DNA of 64,000 nt from Trichormus sp. ATA11-4-KO1 (GTDB lineage: Bacteria; Cyanobacteriota; Cyanobacteriia; Cyanobacteriales; Nostocaceae). The stretch covers positions 1 through 64,000 of the forward strand of contig JAHHIM010000025.1 of assembly GCA_019358915.1 (NCBI GenBank), given 5' to 3'. The notes below the pieces were generated by a model. It was not told the DNA's origin, did no database searches, and saw only the letters and a program-made list of their open reading frames with translations. Below, piece after piece: positions 28,697 to 39,721 of the stretch. Positions within the stretch are counted from its first letter, which is position 1. Each line of letters begins with the position of its first letter. The translations under genes and the position numbers were made by a program.

Positions 28697-29093
28697 TTGG
28701 GTTCATCTTTAGTGCCGTTTAGGGCTGATTTGCATCCTTATATTCTGCGCTTAGATGTAAATACGGAATATAGCCAAAAAGCCATTATTTTCCCTAGGTT
28801 TCAGCGATCCCGACGAAAAAATAAACTTTAGGATGTTTTTAGATTCTCGTTATATTTGTCAATGATCACTATAGTAGTTACACACTTGATTTTGCCTAAA
28901 AAAGGTAGGGGATCAAGGTTAAAGCTAAAGATTTTGATTTCAGGAAAATATTAAATTCATTACTAAGGTATTCTTCATATCTGTCTTTGGCAATGAAGTG
29001 CTGTGTATCATTTAGGATAACTAGCTTAATTTTACATCAATAAAAAGGTTAAACTCAAGACATAACAAAAAATCAACCGCTTAATGGCAGTCT

Positions 29094-29510
29094 ATGGCGG
29101 CGAAGGACATTTTTCATGATGTAGTAAGACGCGCTTTAGAGAAAGAAGCGTGGTTGATCACCAATGACCCTCTTTTCCTGCGTTTTGGTGGTTTGGATAT
29201 GTACATAGACCTCGGTGCAGAAAAAATTCTAGCGGCTGAACGAGGTGAAGAAAAAATCGCCGTTGAAGTTAAAAGTTTTGTCAGTCCATCTACTACAACT
29301 GAGTTTAGTACTGCTTTGGGACAATTTCTTAAATACCAGCTAGCACTGGAAGAAGAGCAACCGGAAAGGCTTTTATACTTAGCGGTTCCTGCGGATACTT
29401 ACCGTTCCTTTTTTACTCTAGAACTACCGCGCTTGTTAATTCAACGCTACCAAGTGCGACTGATTATTTTTTCTCCAGAAGAGGAGGTAATTGTCAAATG
29501 GCAAAAGTAG
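29094..29510 (+). CDS. xisH: XisH family protein
   Basis: MAAKDIFH..V..AL, IDLGAEK, KIAVEVKSF, ALGQF..Y, LYLAVP. Confidence 0.94.
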   Translation: MAAKDIFHDVVRRALEKEAWLITNDPLFLRFGGLDMYIDLGAEKILAAERGEEKIAVEVKSFVSPSTTTEFSTALGQFLKYQLALEEEQPERLLYLAVPADTYRSFFTLELPRLLIQRYQVRLIIFSPEEEVIVKWQK

Positions 29511-29833
29511 AACAATATCGTCAACTAATTCAAGAACTGTTACAGGCTTACAGCGAAATTAAGGCTAGTAACGAAGAAGTCGAAGCAGAAGTAATTTTTG
29601 ATAATGATCGCGATCGCTATCAACTAGTTCATGTAGGCTGGTCAAATAAACGGCGTGTGTATGGTTGTGTTTTACATCTAGACATTAAAAATGGCAAAAT
29701 CTGGATTCAGCACGATGGTACTGAAGTAGGTATTGCCAATGAACTTACTAACCGAGGTGTACCTAAACAAGATATTGTCTTGGCTTTTCATTCCCCTTTC
29801 AAACGACAATTTACTGAGTTTGCTGTTGGCTAA
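29498..29833 (+). CDS. xisI: XisI family protein
   Basis: DRYQLVHVGW...LHLDIKNGKIWIQHDGTE.GIA..L...GVPKQDIVLAF; overlaps xisH. Confidence 0.94.
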   Translation: MAKVEQYRQLIQELLQAYSEIKASNEEVEAEVIFDNDRDRYQLVHVGWSNKRRVYGCVLHLDIKNGKIWIQHDGTEVGIANELTNRGVPKQDIVLAFHSPFKRQFTEFAVG

Positions 29834-29895
29834 ACTCTCTACAAAGTCAGTATCGTTAGTGTTTCCCAGATGGGATAATTGCTAGCACAAAGACT

Positions 29896-30303
29896 TTAAT
29901 TTCCAGTTCCCAACATGCTGAAGAATTCAATCAGATTACCATCAGGATCGCGGAAATGAGCCGTCCGTAGCCCCCATGCTGGGCGATCTTCAGGTTGAGT
30001 GACAATGGTGACGTTTTGGTCTTTGAGGTACTGATATAGCTCGTCCACGTTATCCACGGCAAAAACTAGAGCTACTTTGTTATGACAGTCAACAGCCGAA
30101 GGTTGATAAGCACTGGGGACGGCTTCAGCCATCAACTCTTTTCTGAACAAAGCCAGCTTGATATTATCTCCGGTGTGCAATTCGGCGTACCAACTATTTT
30201 CGTCGCCCCAATCAATATCAAATCCCAGTACATCACGGTAAAACAGAAAACAATCTTTGAAGTTGGAGACTAGCAGCCTGATGTGTGTTAACTGAAGCAT
30301 CAT
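29896..30303 (-). CDS. VOC/glyoxalase family protein
   Basis: FYRDVLG, WGLRTAHFRDPDGNLIE. Confidence 0.92.
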   Translation of the reverse strand: MMLQLTHIRLLVSNFKDCFLFYRDVLGFDIDWGDENSWYAELHTGDNIKLALFRKELMAEAVPSAYQPSAVDCHNKVALVFAVDNVDELYQYLKDQNVTIVTQPEDRPAWGLRTAHFRDPDGNLIEFFSMLGTGN

Positions 30304-30321
30304 ATCTCTTACGTGATTCTA

Positions 30322-30921
30322 CTAACTATGAATTCTAGGCTCTGGATGTAACTTTTCTAGCAAATCACTTTCGATATTCGCCAGTTCATCTAGCCTTTGC
30401 CTGACAATTTCACGGTCAAAATAAGTATCAGCTAAAACCCAATAAGTACCGTAGTGTCGTGCTTCTGAAGCCATCAAGCCCCGATAGAATTTAGCTAATT
30501 CTGGTTCAGGACAATGTGTAGCTAATAGTCCTAAGCGTTCGTGACTACGAGCTTCAATTAAACCAGTGACGAGTAAGGAATCTAAAAAACGATGAGGTTC
30601 TTGAGGACGCACGTTGGCTCTCAGTCCAGCACCGTAGGGAGGGGGTGGTAAGGGAGCAAGGGCTATATTTCGGCTCTCTAGCCATTGATTAACTAATTCA
30701 AAGTGTTCTAGTTCTTCGCGAGCGATCGCTGTTAATTCCCGTACCATTTTAGTATTGGAAGGATAGCGAAACATAAAATTTAACGCTACGCCAGCAGCTT
30801 TGCGTTCACAGTGGGAGTGATCAAGCAAAATGATGTCTAAGTTAGCTAGAGCTTGTTCTACCCAAGCATGACTAGTGGGTTGCTTGAGGGCGTTGATAAT
30901 AGGTAACTGAGAGGTAAGCAC
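30322..30921 (-). CDS. miaE: tRNA 2-methylthio-N6-isopentenyladenosine hydroxylase
   Basis: DHSHCERKAA, EELEHF, IEARSHERL, SEARH. Confidence 0.93.
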   Translation of the reverse strand: MLTSQLPIINALKQPTSHAWVEQALANLDIILLDHSHCERKAAGVALNFMFRYPSNTKMVRELTAIAREELEHFELVNQWLESRNIALAPLPPPPYGAGLRANVRPQEPHRFLDSLLVTGLIEARSHERLGLLATHCPEPELAKFYRGLMASEARHYGTYWVLADTYFDREIVRQRLDELANIESDLLEKLHPEPRIHS

Positions 30922-31179
30922 AGGGTAACAAAACTCCGAAAATTTTCATGTTGCTGAATAATCCCAGCAAATAGATTTTAATAGTGGATGGGACAATCAG
31001 GTATGCGCCATTAAAATGTTTGCCTGATTCTTAAAAATAAATTTTCTAAATAATCTAAATAACTTTATATATATTCATGGTTTGTAGTGAGTGCTTGAGC
31101 GCTCAACATCAAGATTCTCAGAGCTAGAGGCGTGACCCTTTTCCTGTGATTGACGCTACACAGTAAGCACAACTATGTC

Positions 31180-31285
31180 GGGATGATTTTGCTGGTTTTG
31201 TGGTATGGGCATCTTGCCCGTCCCTTGTATTTCCGGGTGGGCAAAGATACGCAGCCTACAAGAATCATCCCTTGATTCAGCAACT
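31180..31285. repeat. REP/MITE-like inverted repeat element
   Basis: gggatgatt...aatcatccc ends; internal gggcatcttgccc and gggcaaagat; right end matches 55192-55217 in reverse orientation (25/26). Confidence 0.6.
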
Positions 31286-31601
31286 CCCAAAATTTAATTT
31301 ATTTAGCAAGCCCAAAAATAAGTAAATCACCAAAGCGGAGGAAACTACTCATACACTTTCACAAGTTGCAATTGATGAATATCAATCACACTTGTTAGGG
31401 TAATTTCCTATCGCTCTGGTGCTTCTTTAGCGGAAATTTCCGCCGTAAGGGTATAAGTAAAGGGCTTTAAAAGCCTATAACAGTTATTTAGAATGTATTG
31501 TATCAGTCCACACATTTTGTCCTAGATTTGAGAATGTTAGGCTAAATAAGTGCTGAGTTGTTTTTCCCACACAGAATACACTCTCATCAAGAAACATTTT
31601 G

Positions 31602-32318
31602 TCACCAATCAATGAGTTGGCGATCGTGGAAAAATCCCCCTGTAGTACCATCATCTGCAAGAGTTGCTAGCCAAACAATTGTATCAACTCCTTGTTCTGG
31701 GGTTAGTGTTGCATCTTGTCCACCCATATCAGTTTTTACCCAACCTGGACATACAGAATTAATTAAAATATTCGTGCCTTTTAACTCGCTAGCAAAAATC
31801 CGTGTTAAAGCATTCAAAGCTGTTTTAGAAACACGATATCCTGTAGATCCTCCCTCCATATCAGTTAGTTGTCCCATACCAGAAGAAACATTGACTATGC
31901 GTCCATAATTCTGTTTTTTCATTATAGGAATTAATGCTTGAGTTACTCGTAAAACGCCGTAGACATTCGTTTCCATTGTTTGTCGCAAAGTGTCAATTTT
32001 GGCATTGAAAATACTATTTTCATTGGCTTGACCATCGATATATATACCAGCGTTATTTACCAAAACATCGAGTTTACCAAACCTCTGGCGAATGAATTCA
32101 GCTAATTTACGGCTGCTTTCATCACTAGTGACATCAAGGGGATAAGAAATGACATTTAAACCTTCAGCTTGTAACTGTTGAGCCGCCGCATTACCTTTTG
32201 CTTCATGCCGACTGGTGAGAATTACTTGATATCCTTTTTTAGCCAATTGGCGAGAAGCTTCTAATCCTAAACCACGATTTCCACCAGTGACGACTGCAAC
32301 TTTTTGATTTGAACTCAT
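31602..32318 (-). CDS. SDR family oxidoreductase (carbonyl reductase-like)
   Basis: TGGNRGLG, NNAG, YRVSK, CPGWVKTDMGG; start at MSSNQK preferred. Confidence 0.92.
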   Translation of the reverse strand: MSSNQKVAVVTGGNRGLGLEASRQLAKKGYQVILTSRHEAKGNAAAQQLQAEGLNVISYPLDVTSDESSRKLAEFIRQRFGKLDVLVNNAGIYIDGQANENSIFNAKIDTLRQTMETNVYGVLRVTQALIPIMKKQNYGRIVNVSSGMGQLTDMEGGSTGYRVSKTALNALTRIFASELKGTNILINSVCPGWVKTDMGGQDATLTPEQGVDTIVWLATLADDGTTGGFFHDRQLIDW

Positions 32319-32473
32319 GATAGTTATCTCCTGTTGCTCATCAATCAAACTATTAATAAGTTAGTCGATATTTAACTATCAATCTTCAACCAAATGAATT
32401 ACTTTAGTGTATACTCTGGTTGATATTCAACTAACTCAATTTCGTTATCATCTGGGTCATTGATATAAATTCT

Positions 32474-33100
32474 GTGCTAAATATGACACCTAACAAATTC
32501 AAAATTCTTGACCCATTGGCTACATACACCTTTAGTCAATATTTCCAACTAAAAAATCCAATAAAAGAAGTCTTGGCGGAATTTGATTATGCTTACGAAA
32601 GAAAAATACTAGAATTACCTCGCTATGACAAAGAGATTTCTTATCTAGAATTTCTGAATAATTATATCCGAAGAAACATTAGGTTAATCAACCCTTCGGT
32701 AGAAATATCTATTCGAGAATTTCTTATTGCACCAATTATTGTTGAGGTGTGTGACCAGACTAATGCCGAATTATACAGTGAGTATGCACTTGATATTGAC
32801 AATAGACTAAAAGGAAGTCTTGATTATCTACTGAAAGGAAAAAACACAATCCTAGTGATTGAGGCAAAGCAATCAGATATCCGTCGAGGATTTACCCAAC
32901 TCGCGGTAGAACTAATTGCATTAGACAAATCTTTAGGTAATGACTCAAATATACTGTACGGTGCGGTTACTAATGGGGATGACTGGAAATTTGGTACATT
33001 AGATAGAGAGAAGAAATTGATTACTGAAGACGTTAAATTGTACCGTGTCCCTGAAGAATTGGAGCAATTAATCAGGGTATTAGTTGGAATACTTCAATAA
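32474..33100 (+). CDS. Hypothetical protein with PD-(D/E)XK-like motif
   Basis: GSLDYL...VIEAKQ...GFTQLAVEL...YGAVTNG.W.F. Confidence 0.7.
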   Translation: MLNMTPNKFKILDPLATYTFSQYFQLKNPIKEVLAEFDYAYERKILELPRYDKEISYLEFLNNYIRRNIRLINPSVEISIREFLIAPIIVEVCDQTNAELYSEYALDIDNRLKGSLDYLLKGKNTILVIEAKQSDIRRGFTQLAVELIALDKSLGNDSNILYGAVTNGDDWKFGTLDREKKLITEDVKLYRVPEELEQLIRVLVGILQ

Positions 33101-33478
33101 AATAAATTATTGACACACATTATGTATAGTATTCGGTTTAAAGCTTTATCAGATAAAGCTTTAAAAGGTAAACTCACTCAGCGAGAAAGTGATTCAGCAC
33201 TTTTTATCCTACGAAATATCCAAAAACATCATCACTACAAAGCCCAACATCACACCAATTGATTATGATTTGCAAGTATTTAAAACAAAAAATCGCAGAC
33301 TTATATCCCGCCTGCGATTCACCCTAAACCCTGAGTTATGAGGGTGTAAGATCCTATGTGTCTTCCGTTCAATTCGGATTGCTATAGAGCGTCGAAAGCT
33401 TTTCTATCCTACCCTTAGTCAGAGGGTGATTAATATTGACATGAGGCGATCGCTTGATACAAAAAAGTATTACACCCG

Positions 33479-34900
33479 CTATGTCATCTCTCGACGGACA
33501 ATTTCAATACAGTAATCATCCTTCAGCTTCTTCAAAGGAAATTGCACAAACTTTGGTTCGCCCGTTAAATGCCAGTCAAAGGCTTGCAGCACATGGGATG
33601 CAAATATTTTTGTGACCGCGATCGCCATTTGTGCTCCCAAACAAGCATGTACACCGCCCCCAAAGGGGATAAATTCGTACATCTTACCTTCGCCACGTTC
33701 TGGGAGAAAACGCTCTGGAGCGAATACTTCTGGTTCATGAAAATGTTCAGGCATAATGTGTGCAAGCCTTGGCTCTGCCATGAGAACACAACCCTGCTCA
33801 TACAACACACCATCCAGCACTACAGACTTGGTGAGTTGGCGACTAGCCGTAGAACTAGGCGGTAGAGTTCGTAGTGTTTCCTTAATTGTGGCTTCCAGAA
33901 ATACCATCTGCTTCAATTGCTCTGGTGAAAACATCTGGAAATTACCATTTTCTCCCACCAGATTCGCTTGTTCCTGCCGCAGTTTTTGTAAAACTTGCGG
34001 ATATCTAGCAATCTGGTACATTAGCGAAGATATGAGTCCAGATATTTCGTAGTGTGATGCCCACAATTGCAGCAAACATTGGTTCTCAATTAGAGCATCA
34101 CTAAATATGCCATCGGGATTTTCTTCCTGTCCAGCCAGCATCATTGATAAAAAATCAGATGTGGGGTTGATGTCTTGACCCTCTGCTCGGCGCCGCCGTA
34201 CCACAGCACCCATAAATTCTAGTAGGGCTGCTCGTGCCAAGATTCCCCGCCCGTATTTCGTCAAACGGGACTGCCATTTAAATAATCCATAGAAGCCATC
34301 AAAGTAGGTCTTATACAGAGCTTTTAACTCTGCCTTAGAGGTAATAGGTAACCCCTGGAAAGTAGCGGGGTCAGCATCATTTAAGCTGACTCCTAGTAGC
34401 AGAGGCGTGAGGACATCAAAACATATCTGCTCCACAGCCGGATATAGTGCCATGTGGCTGGGGGTAGACCAGTTTTGCAGACCACGAACAATCACGTTAT
34501 TGATGTGGGGTGTATAACCATCAAGTACACGACCAGTAAGTCCAGGAGCTAAGGCACTTTTGCGCTGACGATGCAAATCAGGACGTTGAAATAAACTATA
34601 CTCGCCAAACATATCCATTGTGGTGGCTGGCAAAGCAATTTCTGTATATTTCAAGTCCCCATTAAATGCCATTTGAATGGCTCTAGAACAACCTAAAAAG
34701 ATAGTGGTGCGACCAAAAACTTTTGTATTAAATATGGGGCCGTACTCTTGCAGATACTTACGGCAAAATTGATCGGGATTTGCCATGTACTTAAACGTGT
34801 CATCCCACCTAGGACGACGTGGCGGAGTGGTAATCCCCACAGGTGGCGATTGTCCTGGCTCCAGCACAAGTACATCTTCAGTGTTGGTAGTATTTTGCAT
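33479..34900 (-). CDS. Cytochrome P450
   Basis: KETLR, PERF, PFGGGVHACLG heme ligand. Confidence 0.95.
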   Translation of the reverse strand: MQNTTNTEDVLVLEPGQSPPVGITTPPRRPRWDDTFKYMANPDQFCRKYLQEYGPIFNTKVFGRTTIFLGCSRAIQMAFNGDLKYTEIALPATTMDMFGEYSLFQRPDLHRQRKSALAPGLTGRVLDGYTPHINNVIVRGLQNWSTPSHMALYPAVEQICFDVLTPLLLGVSLNDADPATFQGLPITSKAELKALYKTYFDGFYGLFKWQSRLTKYGRGILARAALLEFMGAVVRRRRAEGQDINPTSDFLSMMLAGQEENPDGIFSDALIENQCLLQLWASHYEISGLISSLMYQIARYPQVLQKLRQEQANLVGENGNFQMFSPEQLKQMVFLEATIKETLRTLPPSSTASRQLTKSVVLDGVLYEQGCVLMAEPRLAHIMPEHFHEPEVFAPERFLPERGEGKMYEFIPFGGGVHACLGAQMAIAVTKIFASHVLQAFDWHLTGEPKFVQFPLKKLKDDYCIEIVRREMT

Positions 34901-34920
34901 AGCCTGACCGAATAATTACT

Positions 34921-34945
34921 AATTCGTAATTCGTAATTCGTAATT
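34921..34945. repeat. STRR heptamer array (AATTCGT)x3
   Basis: aattcgtaattcgtaattcgtaatt; inverted unit near 35012. Confidence 0.8.
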
Positions 34946-35055
34946 AATGGTTATGGAGATAAAGAGAATTTATTCCTTATTTCCAGCCTCTAGCTTTAGT
35001 TGTGGGGTAATAATTACGAATTATTATGACCAAGCTCAATTTTGAGCAAATGTCT

Positions 35056-35835
35056 TTATTCTAAACTTTGTCGATTAACCAGGGTGGCGCTGGCTTGGTC
35101 AACAGGCATAAGTATCACTTCATTGATATTTACATGAGGCGATCGCGTGATGCAGAAAAATATCACATCTGCCACATCATCGGCTGTCAGGGGTGTAAGT
35201 CCTTGATAAACTTTTTTGGCGCGTTCGGTATCGCCATGAAAGCGGACATCGCTAAATTCAGTTTCTACCATCCCAGGATCAATGGAAGTTACCCTGATAG
35301 GAGTTCCCAATAAATCTTGTTTTAAACCTTCAGAAATTGCTCTGACAGCAGCTTTCGTACCACAGTAGACATTACCACCGGGATAAGTTTGATGTCCGGC
35401 AATGGAACCCAAATTTACCACATGACCGCGATCGCGACTCACCATCCCAGGAACAACATAGCGAGTCAGGTAAAGTAAACCTTTAATGTTGGTATCAATC
35501 ATTTCATCCCAGTCGGGAACATTGCCTTCATGCAACTTATCTAAACCACGACTCAAACCAGCATTATTAATGAGAATATCAATCTCAGACCAGTCGGGGG
35601 GTAGGCTAGAAATAGCAGATTCCACAGACAGGCGATCGCGCACATCCAATGGTAACAAATGAATCTCTACACCATACATTTTATTAAGTGTATCTGCTAG
35701 CTGCTGCAAGCGTTCCCCACGTCGCGCCGCTAAAATCAGTTTTGCACCCTCACGGGCAAAGATTTTGGCGCAAGCAGTACCGATCCCACTACTTGCACCG
35801 GTGATTAAAATTATTTGATTTTGTAAGGCAATCAT
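35056..35835 (-). CDS. SDR family oxidoreductase (YdfG-like)
   Basis: TGASSGIG, NNAGL, YCGTK, PGMVETEFS. Confidence 0.92.
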   Translation of the reverse strand: MIALQNQIILITGASSGIGTACAKIFAREGAKLILAARRGERLQQLADTLNKMYGVEIHLLPLDVRDRLSVESAISSLPPDWSEIDILINNAGLSRGLDKLHEGNVPDWDEMIDTNIKGLLYLTRYVVPGMVSRDRGHVVNLGSIAGHQTYPGGNVYCGTKAAVRAISEGLKQDLLGTPIRVTSIDPGMVETEFSDVRFHGDTERAKKVYQGLTPLTADDVADVIFFCITRSPHVNINEVILMPVDQASATLVNRQSLE

Positions 35836-35931
35836 TGTTACTTAAAGAGTTAATTATCAAAAAGAAAGTAGGGGTGCAGAGGGGATTACTAAATATAAGT
35901 TCTTTCACCTCTGCCTGTTTTCTCCCATTCC

Positions 35932-36897
35932 CTACTTCACAACTTGCAGACGCTGAGTTACCATTGTCATCCCATCACCCCGGAGAATCACCGCAGAAAC
36001 CCATTGGTTACCAGGGGTAGATGGTGCGCGTCCCACTTTAAAGAGTCCGCCAGATGTCAGCAATTCCAAATCTACAGATGTCGGGTTGAGATATTTGTTA
36101 GCTTGGACAGGTTCTTCCAGTGCTGTTCCCAGCAGAAAATCATCACCTAGGGGTTCTTGAACAATTGCATCAAAATTATACTGCTGTCCTACTTTCACCT
36201 GCTGGGGTAAATTCACATCAACTTGGGGTGGTTTGCTACCAGCAGTTAGTAAAGTTCGTTCAGATAAAATTTCTTGACTGACGATTTTTGCATCTTGAAT
36301 GCGCTGGCGGGATTTAATTGTGGCATTGAGAGCCAAATTATTACTGTTAGCAGAAGGTAAGCCTGTAATATTGGTTACTGTTTCAGCGACAATAACATTG
36401 CCTTCAGATTTCCAAGATTCCAGTTGTGTACTGTATCGTAACTGGGGATGTCGCTGCCAAAGAGAAGTTAGGGATTGTTCCAAAGTCTGGCGATTTAATC
36501 CATCCCCATGAGTAAAGTTGGGACTGTATAATTGCATGACTGCTTTGATATCGCCTTTGCTAGCTGCTTCATCAATTTGCGTCAAGAGGTTTTTTAATTC
36601 AGCAGGTGCATTTTGGGAGACAATGGGAGAAGCAGGTCGCTGTACTTGTACTCCTTCTGATAAACCGTTAGACTTTCTGCTTTCGCTCCAGTCGATTAGC
36701 CGTTGCCGCAGAGTAATTGTTTCTGTTCGTTTAGCGTCTACCACCGGAGATGAATTGGGTGGCAAATTCCTTGGTGTACTGGCTTGAACAGATTGCCAAC
36801 TACTAGTTACACCCAGTGTCAGCAGGGATAAAATTAACCAGATGCCAGTGGGAAATCTTCGTTGGTGTATCAATAATAAGGCAGTAATGTTAGTCAT
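35932..36897 (-). CDS. Exported NTF2/SnoaL-like domain protein
   Basis: Signal-like N-terminus; IDEAASKGD..AVMQLYSPNFTHGDG. Confidence 0.7.
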   Translation of the reverse strand: MTNITALLLIHQRRFPTGIWLILSLLTLGVTSSWQSVQASTPRNLPPNSSPVVDAKRTETITLRQRLIDWSESRKSNGLSEGVQVQRPASPIVSQNAPAELKNLLTQIDEAASKGDIKAVMQLYSPNFTHGDGLNRQTLEQSLTSLWQRHPQLRYSTQLESWKSEGNVIVAETVTNITGLPSANSNNLALNATIKSRQRIQDAKIVSQEILSERTLLTAGSKPPQVDVNLPQQVKVGQQYNFDAIVQEPLGDDFLLGTALEEPVQANKYLNPTSVDLELLTSGGLFKVGRAPSTPGNQWVSAVILRGDGMTMVTQRLQVVK

Positions 36898-36976
36898 TTT
36901 GTCAGAGTTTACTGATTTGAGTAGAGAACGTCAGGAAATTGTTTTATCTTAGTTAAGCTAGGCGCTAAACGGTAGA

Positions 36977-38056
36977 GTGTTGATGGCAAACGCACCGATA
37001 AAATTACTCATAGCTGCCAGTGGGACTGGTGGACACTTGTTTCCAGCGATCGCATTGGCTGAAAAACTGCCAGACTATGAAATTGCCTGGTTGGGTGTCC
37101 CAAATCGTTTAGAAACTCAACTTGTCCCTAAACGGTATCCCTTGCATACTATTGCAGTTGAAGGGTTTCAGCAAGGCTTTGGATTGTCCACATTTCGGAT
37201 TTTGGGTAAACTCATTGCGGCAATTGTGCAAGTGAGGCGAATCCTGAAACAAGGAAATTTTCAAGGTGTATTCACTACAGGCGGTTATATTGCCGGGCCG
37301 ACTGTCATTGCAGCGCGTTCCCTTGGGTTACCTGTGGTTTTTCACGAATCTAACGCCTTACCAGGAAAAGTCACTCGCTTTTTTGGGCCTTGGTGTAGTG
37401 CGGTAGCCTTAGGATTTGCCGTAGCTGCAAAGTACTTACCTCGGTCCCAAAATGTCTGTTTGGGTACTCCTGTACGTTCCCAATTCCTAGATGCAGGACT
37501 TGACAAATCGTTAGATTTACCCATTCCTGATCATGTGCCTTTAATTGTAGTCTTTGGTGGCAGTCAGGGCGCGGTTGCGGTCAATCAGTTGGTGCGCCAG
37601 TCAGCTAAAGCTTGGTTTGATGCGGGTGCTTATGTAGTACATTTAACAGGCGATCTCGATGCCGATGCCGATAGTCTTAAGCATTCAAATTACATAGCAT
37701 TACCGTTTTATGACAACATGGCGGCATTGTTACACCGAGCTAATTTAGCGATTAGTCGTTCTGGTGCTGGGAGTTTGACAGAATTAGCAGTATGTGGAAC
37801 GCCAGCAATTTTGATTCCTTATCCTTTTGCGGCCGAAGACCATCAATCTTATAATGCAGACGTATTTACTAAAGCTGGTGCAGCATTAACGTTTAAGCAA
37901 TCGGAGTTAACAACAGAGATATTGCAAACTCAGGTTTTGCATTTATTACAATCGCCCGCAGAGTTAGCCAAAATGGGCGAGAATGCAAAAGCGATCGCCG
38001 TTCCCGATAGCGCAGAGAAGCTAGCCTCTCTAGTACGCGAGATAGTGGAGAGTTAA
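36977..38056 (+). CDS. murG: Undecaprenyl-PP-MurNAc-pentapeptide GlcNAc transferase
   Basis: SGTGGHLFPA, HESNALPG, GGSQGA, SRSGAGSLTE, DHQSYNA. Confidence 0.97.
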   Translation: MLMANAPIKLLIAASGTGGHLFPAIALAEKLPDYEIAWLGVPNRLETQLVPKRYPLHTIAVEGFQQGFGLSTFRILGKLIAAIVQVRRILKQGNFQGVFTTGGYIAGPTVIAARSLGLPVVFHESNALPGKVTRFFGPWCSAVALGFAVAAKYLPRSQNVCLGTPVRSQFLDAGLDKSLDLPIPDHVPLIVVFGGSQGAVAVNQLVRQSAKAWFDAGAYVVHLTGDLDADADSLKHSNYIALPFYDNMAALLHRANLAISRSGAGSLTELAVCGTPAILIPYPFAAEDHQSYNADVFTKAGAALTFKQSELTTEILQTQVLHLLQSPAELAKMGENAKAIAVPDSAEKLASLVREIVES

Positions 38057-38362
38057 ACATAAAAACCACAAAAACAAATCTGAGCAGCAAAAGCCGCCGC
38101 TCAGAAATTGAATAGATGCAAAAGCTAAGTACATAATTTCACAAGTTCGTAGCGAAAAAAAATTGCCTTGATTAAACCTTTGCGTTACTCTGCGCTCACC
38201 TTGGCGATCCTTTGCGTTTAAATTCCCACCCTCAATTCGCCATGAATTTATGCAAAGTTTAAAGGGAAATGTATGATTTTATTTAGTCACACCAATTCTT
38301 GATAAAACACAACCTCACTTAGAATTTAGTATCAAAGGAATTTCTCACCATTTTCTTGAGAA

Positions 38363-39130
38363 TTAAGGATAATTAAAAACTACGCGGCCACCAGGACGCC
38401 AATCACAATGGATGAAACCTCTATGCATTCCTCTTCCCAATCCCGTGCAATCAGAGGCGCGACAAATTTCCATTAATCGCCCAAAGTTACCATCTGCGGG
38501 ATAAATATCAATTGCTAATCCTTGGATATGCTGGGAACGGGAAGCACCTCCTATGCGCCGATTCACAGCAGGTGGACGATAGCCGGAAGTGACAGCAATT
38601 GGACTACCGTATTTATCGCGGATTTTCCCAAACCCTTGAGCCGTCTTCATCATATTATTAATAATATTTCTGGACTCTGGTGCTCTTTCGGGGTCACATC
38701 CTTTGGTGAATTCACCCCAAGTTAAAGGAACACCAGGAACAATCAATTCATTACAGTAAACTGTAACACCAGTTACTAACTTCATAGCGCGACCAGTCTT
38801 AGTGCCTAAAGTTGATGTGGGTAAGGGTGTGAGTTTCTGGTTTTGTTCATCAACAGCTTTATGTCCTTCTGCTATCTCCAATAATGCAGCAGCAGTAGTT
38901 GGCCCCAGCAATTCTGGAGAATCAAGCCAAACACTTTCTTTAAATTGTGCAAAGGCTTTTTGGGTTAAATCACCTGCAATACCATCAACTTTACCTGTAT
39001 AAAGACTTGTCTTGTTAAGCAAAGTTTGGATTTCCGCGATGGTTTCAGTATCGGCCTCTGTGATTTTGATCGTGCTATTAGAGGACTGAATTTTTGCCAA
39101 GTTGAGGAATTCCCCCGTAGAATCTTCCAT
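38363..39130 (-). CDS. Peptidoglycan-binding domain plus peptidase M15A
   Basis: YTGKVDGIAG; TSGYR...N..IGGA..SQH..G.A.D; FIHCD. Confidence 0.88.
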   Translation of the reverse strand: MEDSTGEFLNLAKIQSSNSTIKITEADTETIAEIQTLLNKTSLYTGKVDGIAGDLTQKAFAQFKESVWLDSPELLGPTTAAALLEIAEGHKAVDEQNQKLTPLPTSTLGTKTGRAMKLVTGVTVYCNELIVPGVPLTWGEFTKGCDPERAPESRNIINNMMKTAQGFGKIRDKYGSPIAVTSGYRPPAVNRRIGGASRSQHIQGLAIDIYPADGNFGRLMEICRASDCTGLGRGMHRGFIHCDWRPGGRVVFNYP

Positions 39131-39721
39131 TGATATATCTCCTTGAATTATTAGAGTTTGAATAATTGCAACTTCAGTTGCGTACTAAGTAATTCCTGAA
39201 AATTAATATGAGCAGTGTCCAGTGTTTATGGCGTTTTACTTTGATAGCAGTTATGCCCAAAGGATTATACCCACCATGATATGTACTGTTATCTGCTGGT
39301 TGAGATAGTGCATTTAGTCACTTATGGCACATGGTACTTATTTCCTTTCAATGATATTATTCATACACAAGGTATCCTTAATTTAAGAAAATATCAATGC
39401 AGATACCCTTCACCGAGGAAAGCAGCTCTGCGTCCAGCCTGTGTAGCAGTGACTTCCACTCGCCTGGTACTGTACCTTTGTCTTTTTCCCGCAGTTAAAT
39501 CAAGTACATACATCAACCTAATCAAAATTATTTGTTACTATACAAAGATAAAATAAAGCAGTAAATTTTAGATACCATTATTGCCTGAGAAAATGCTGAG
39601 AATTAACTAAATTTTCTCAAGGAATAAACTCATGAAAATCATCGCTTAGATTCAGATGCACTTCAGTTACAACTGACATACTCTTGGACATTCAGAATAA
39701 CTCAAACACCAGGAGTCATAA

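Noticed and set aside
39281..39556. 91-aa ORF and GC-richer patch near 39405-39495
   Set aside because: No recognisable motif in the frames read; may be a gene fragment but cannot be supported
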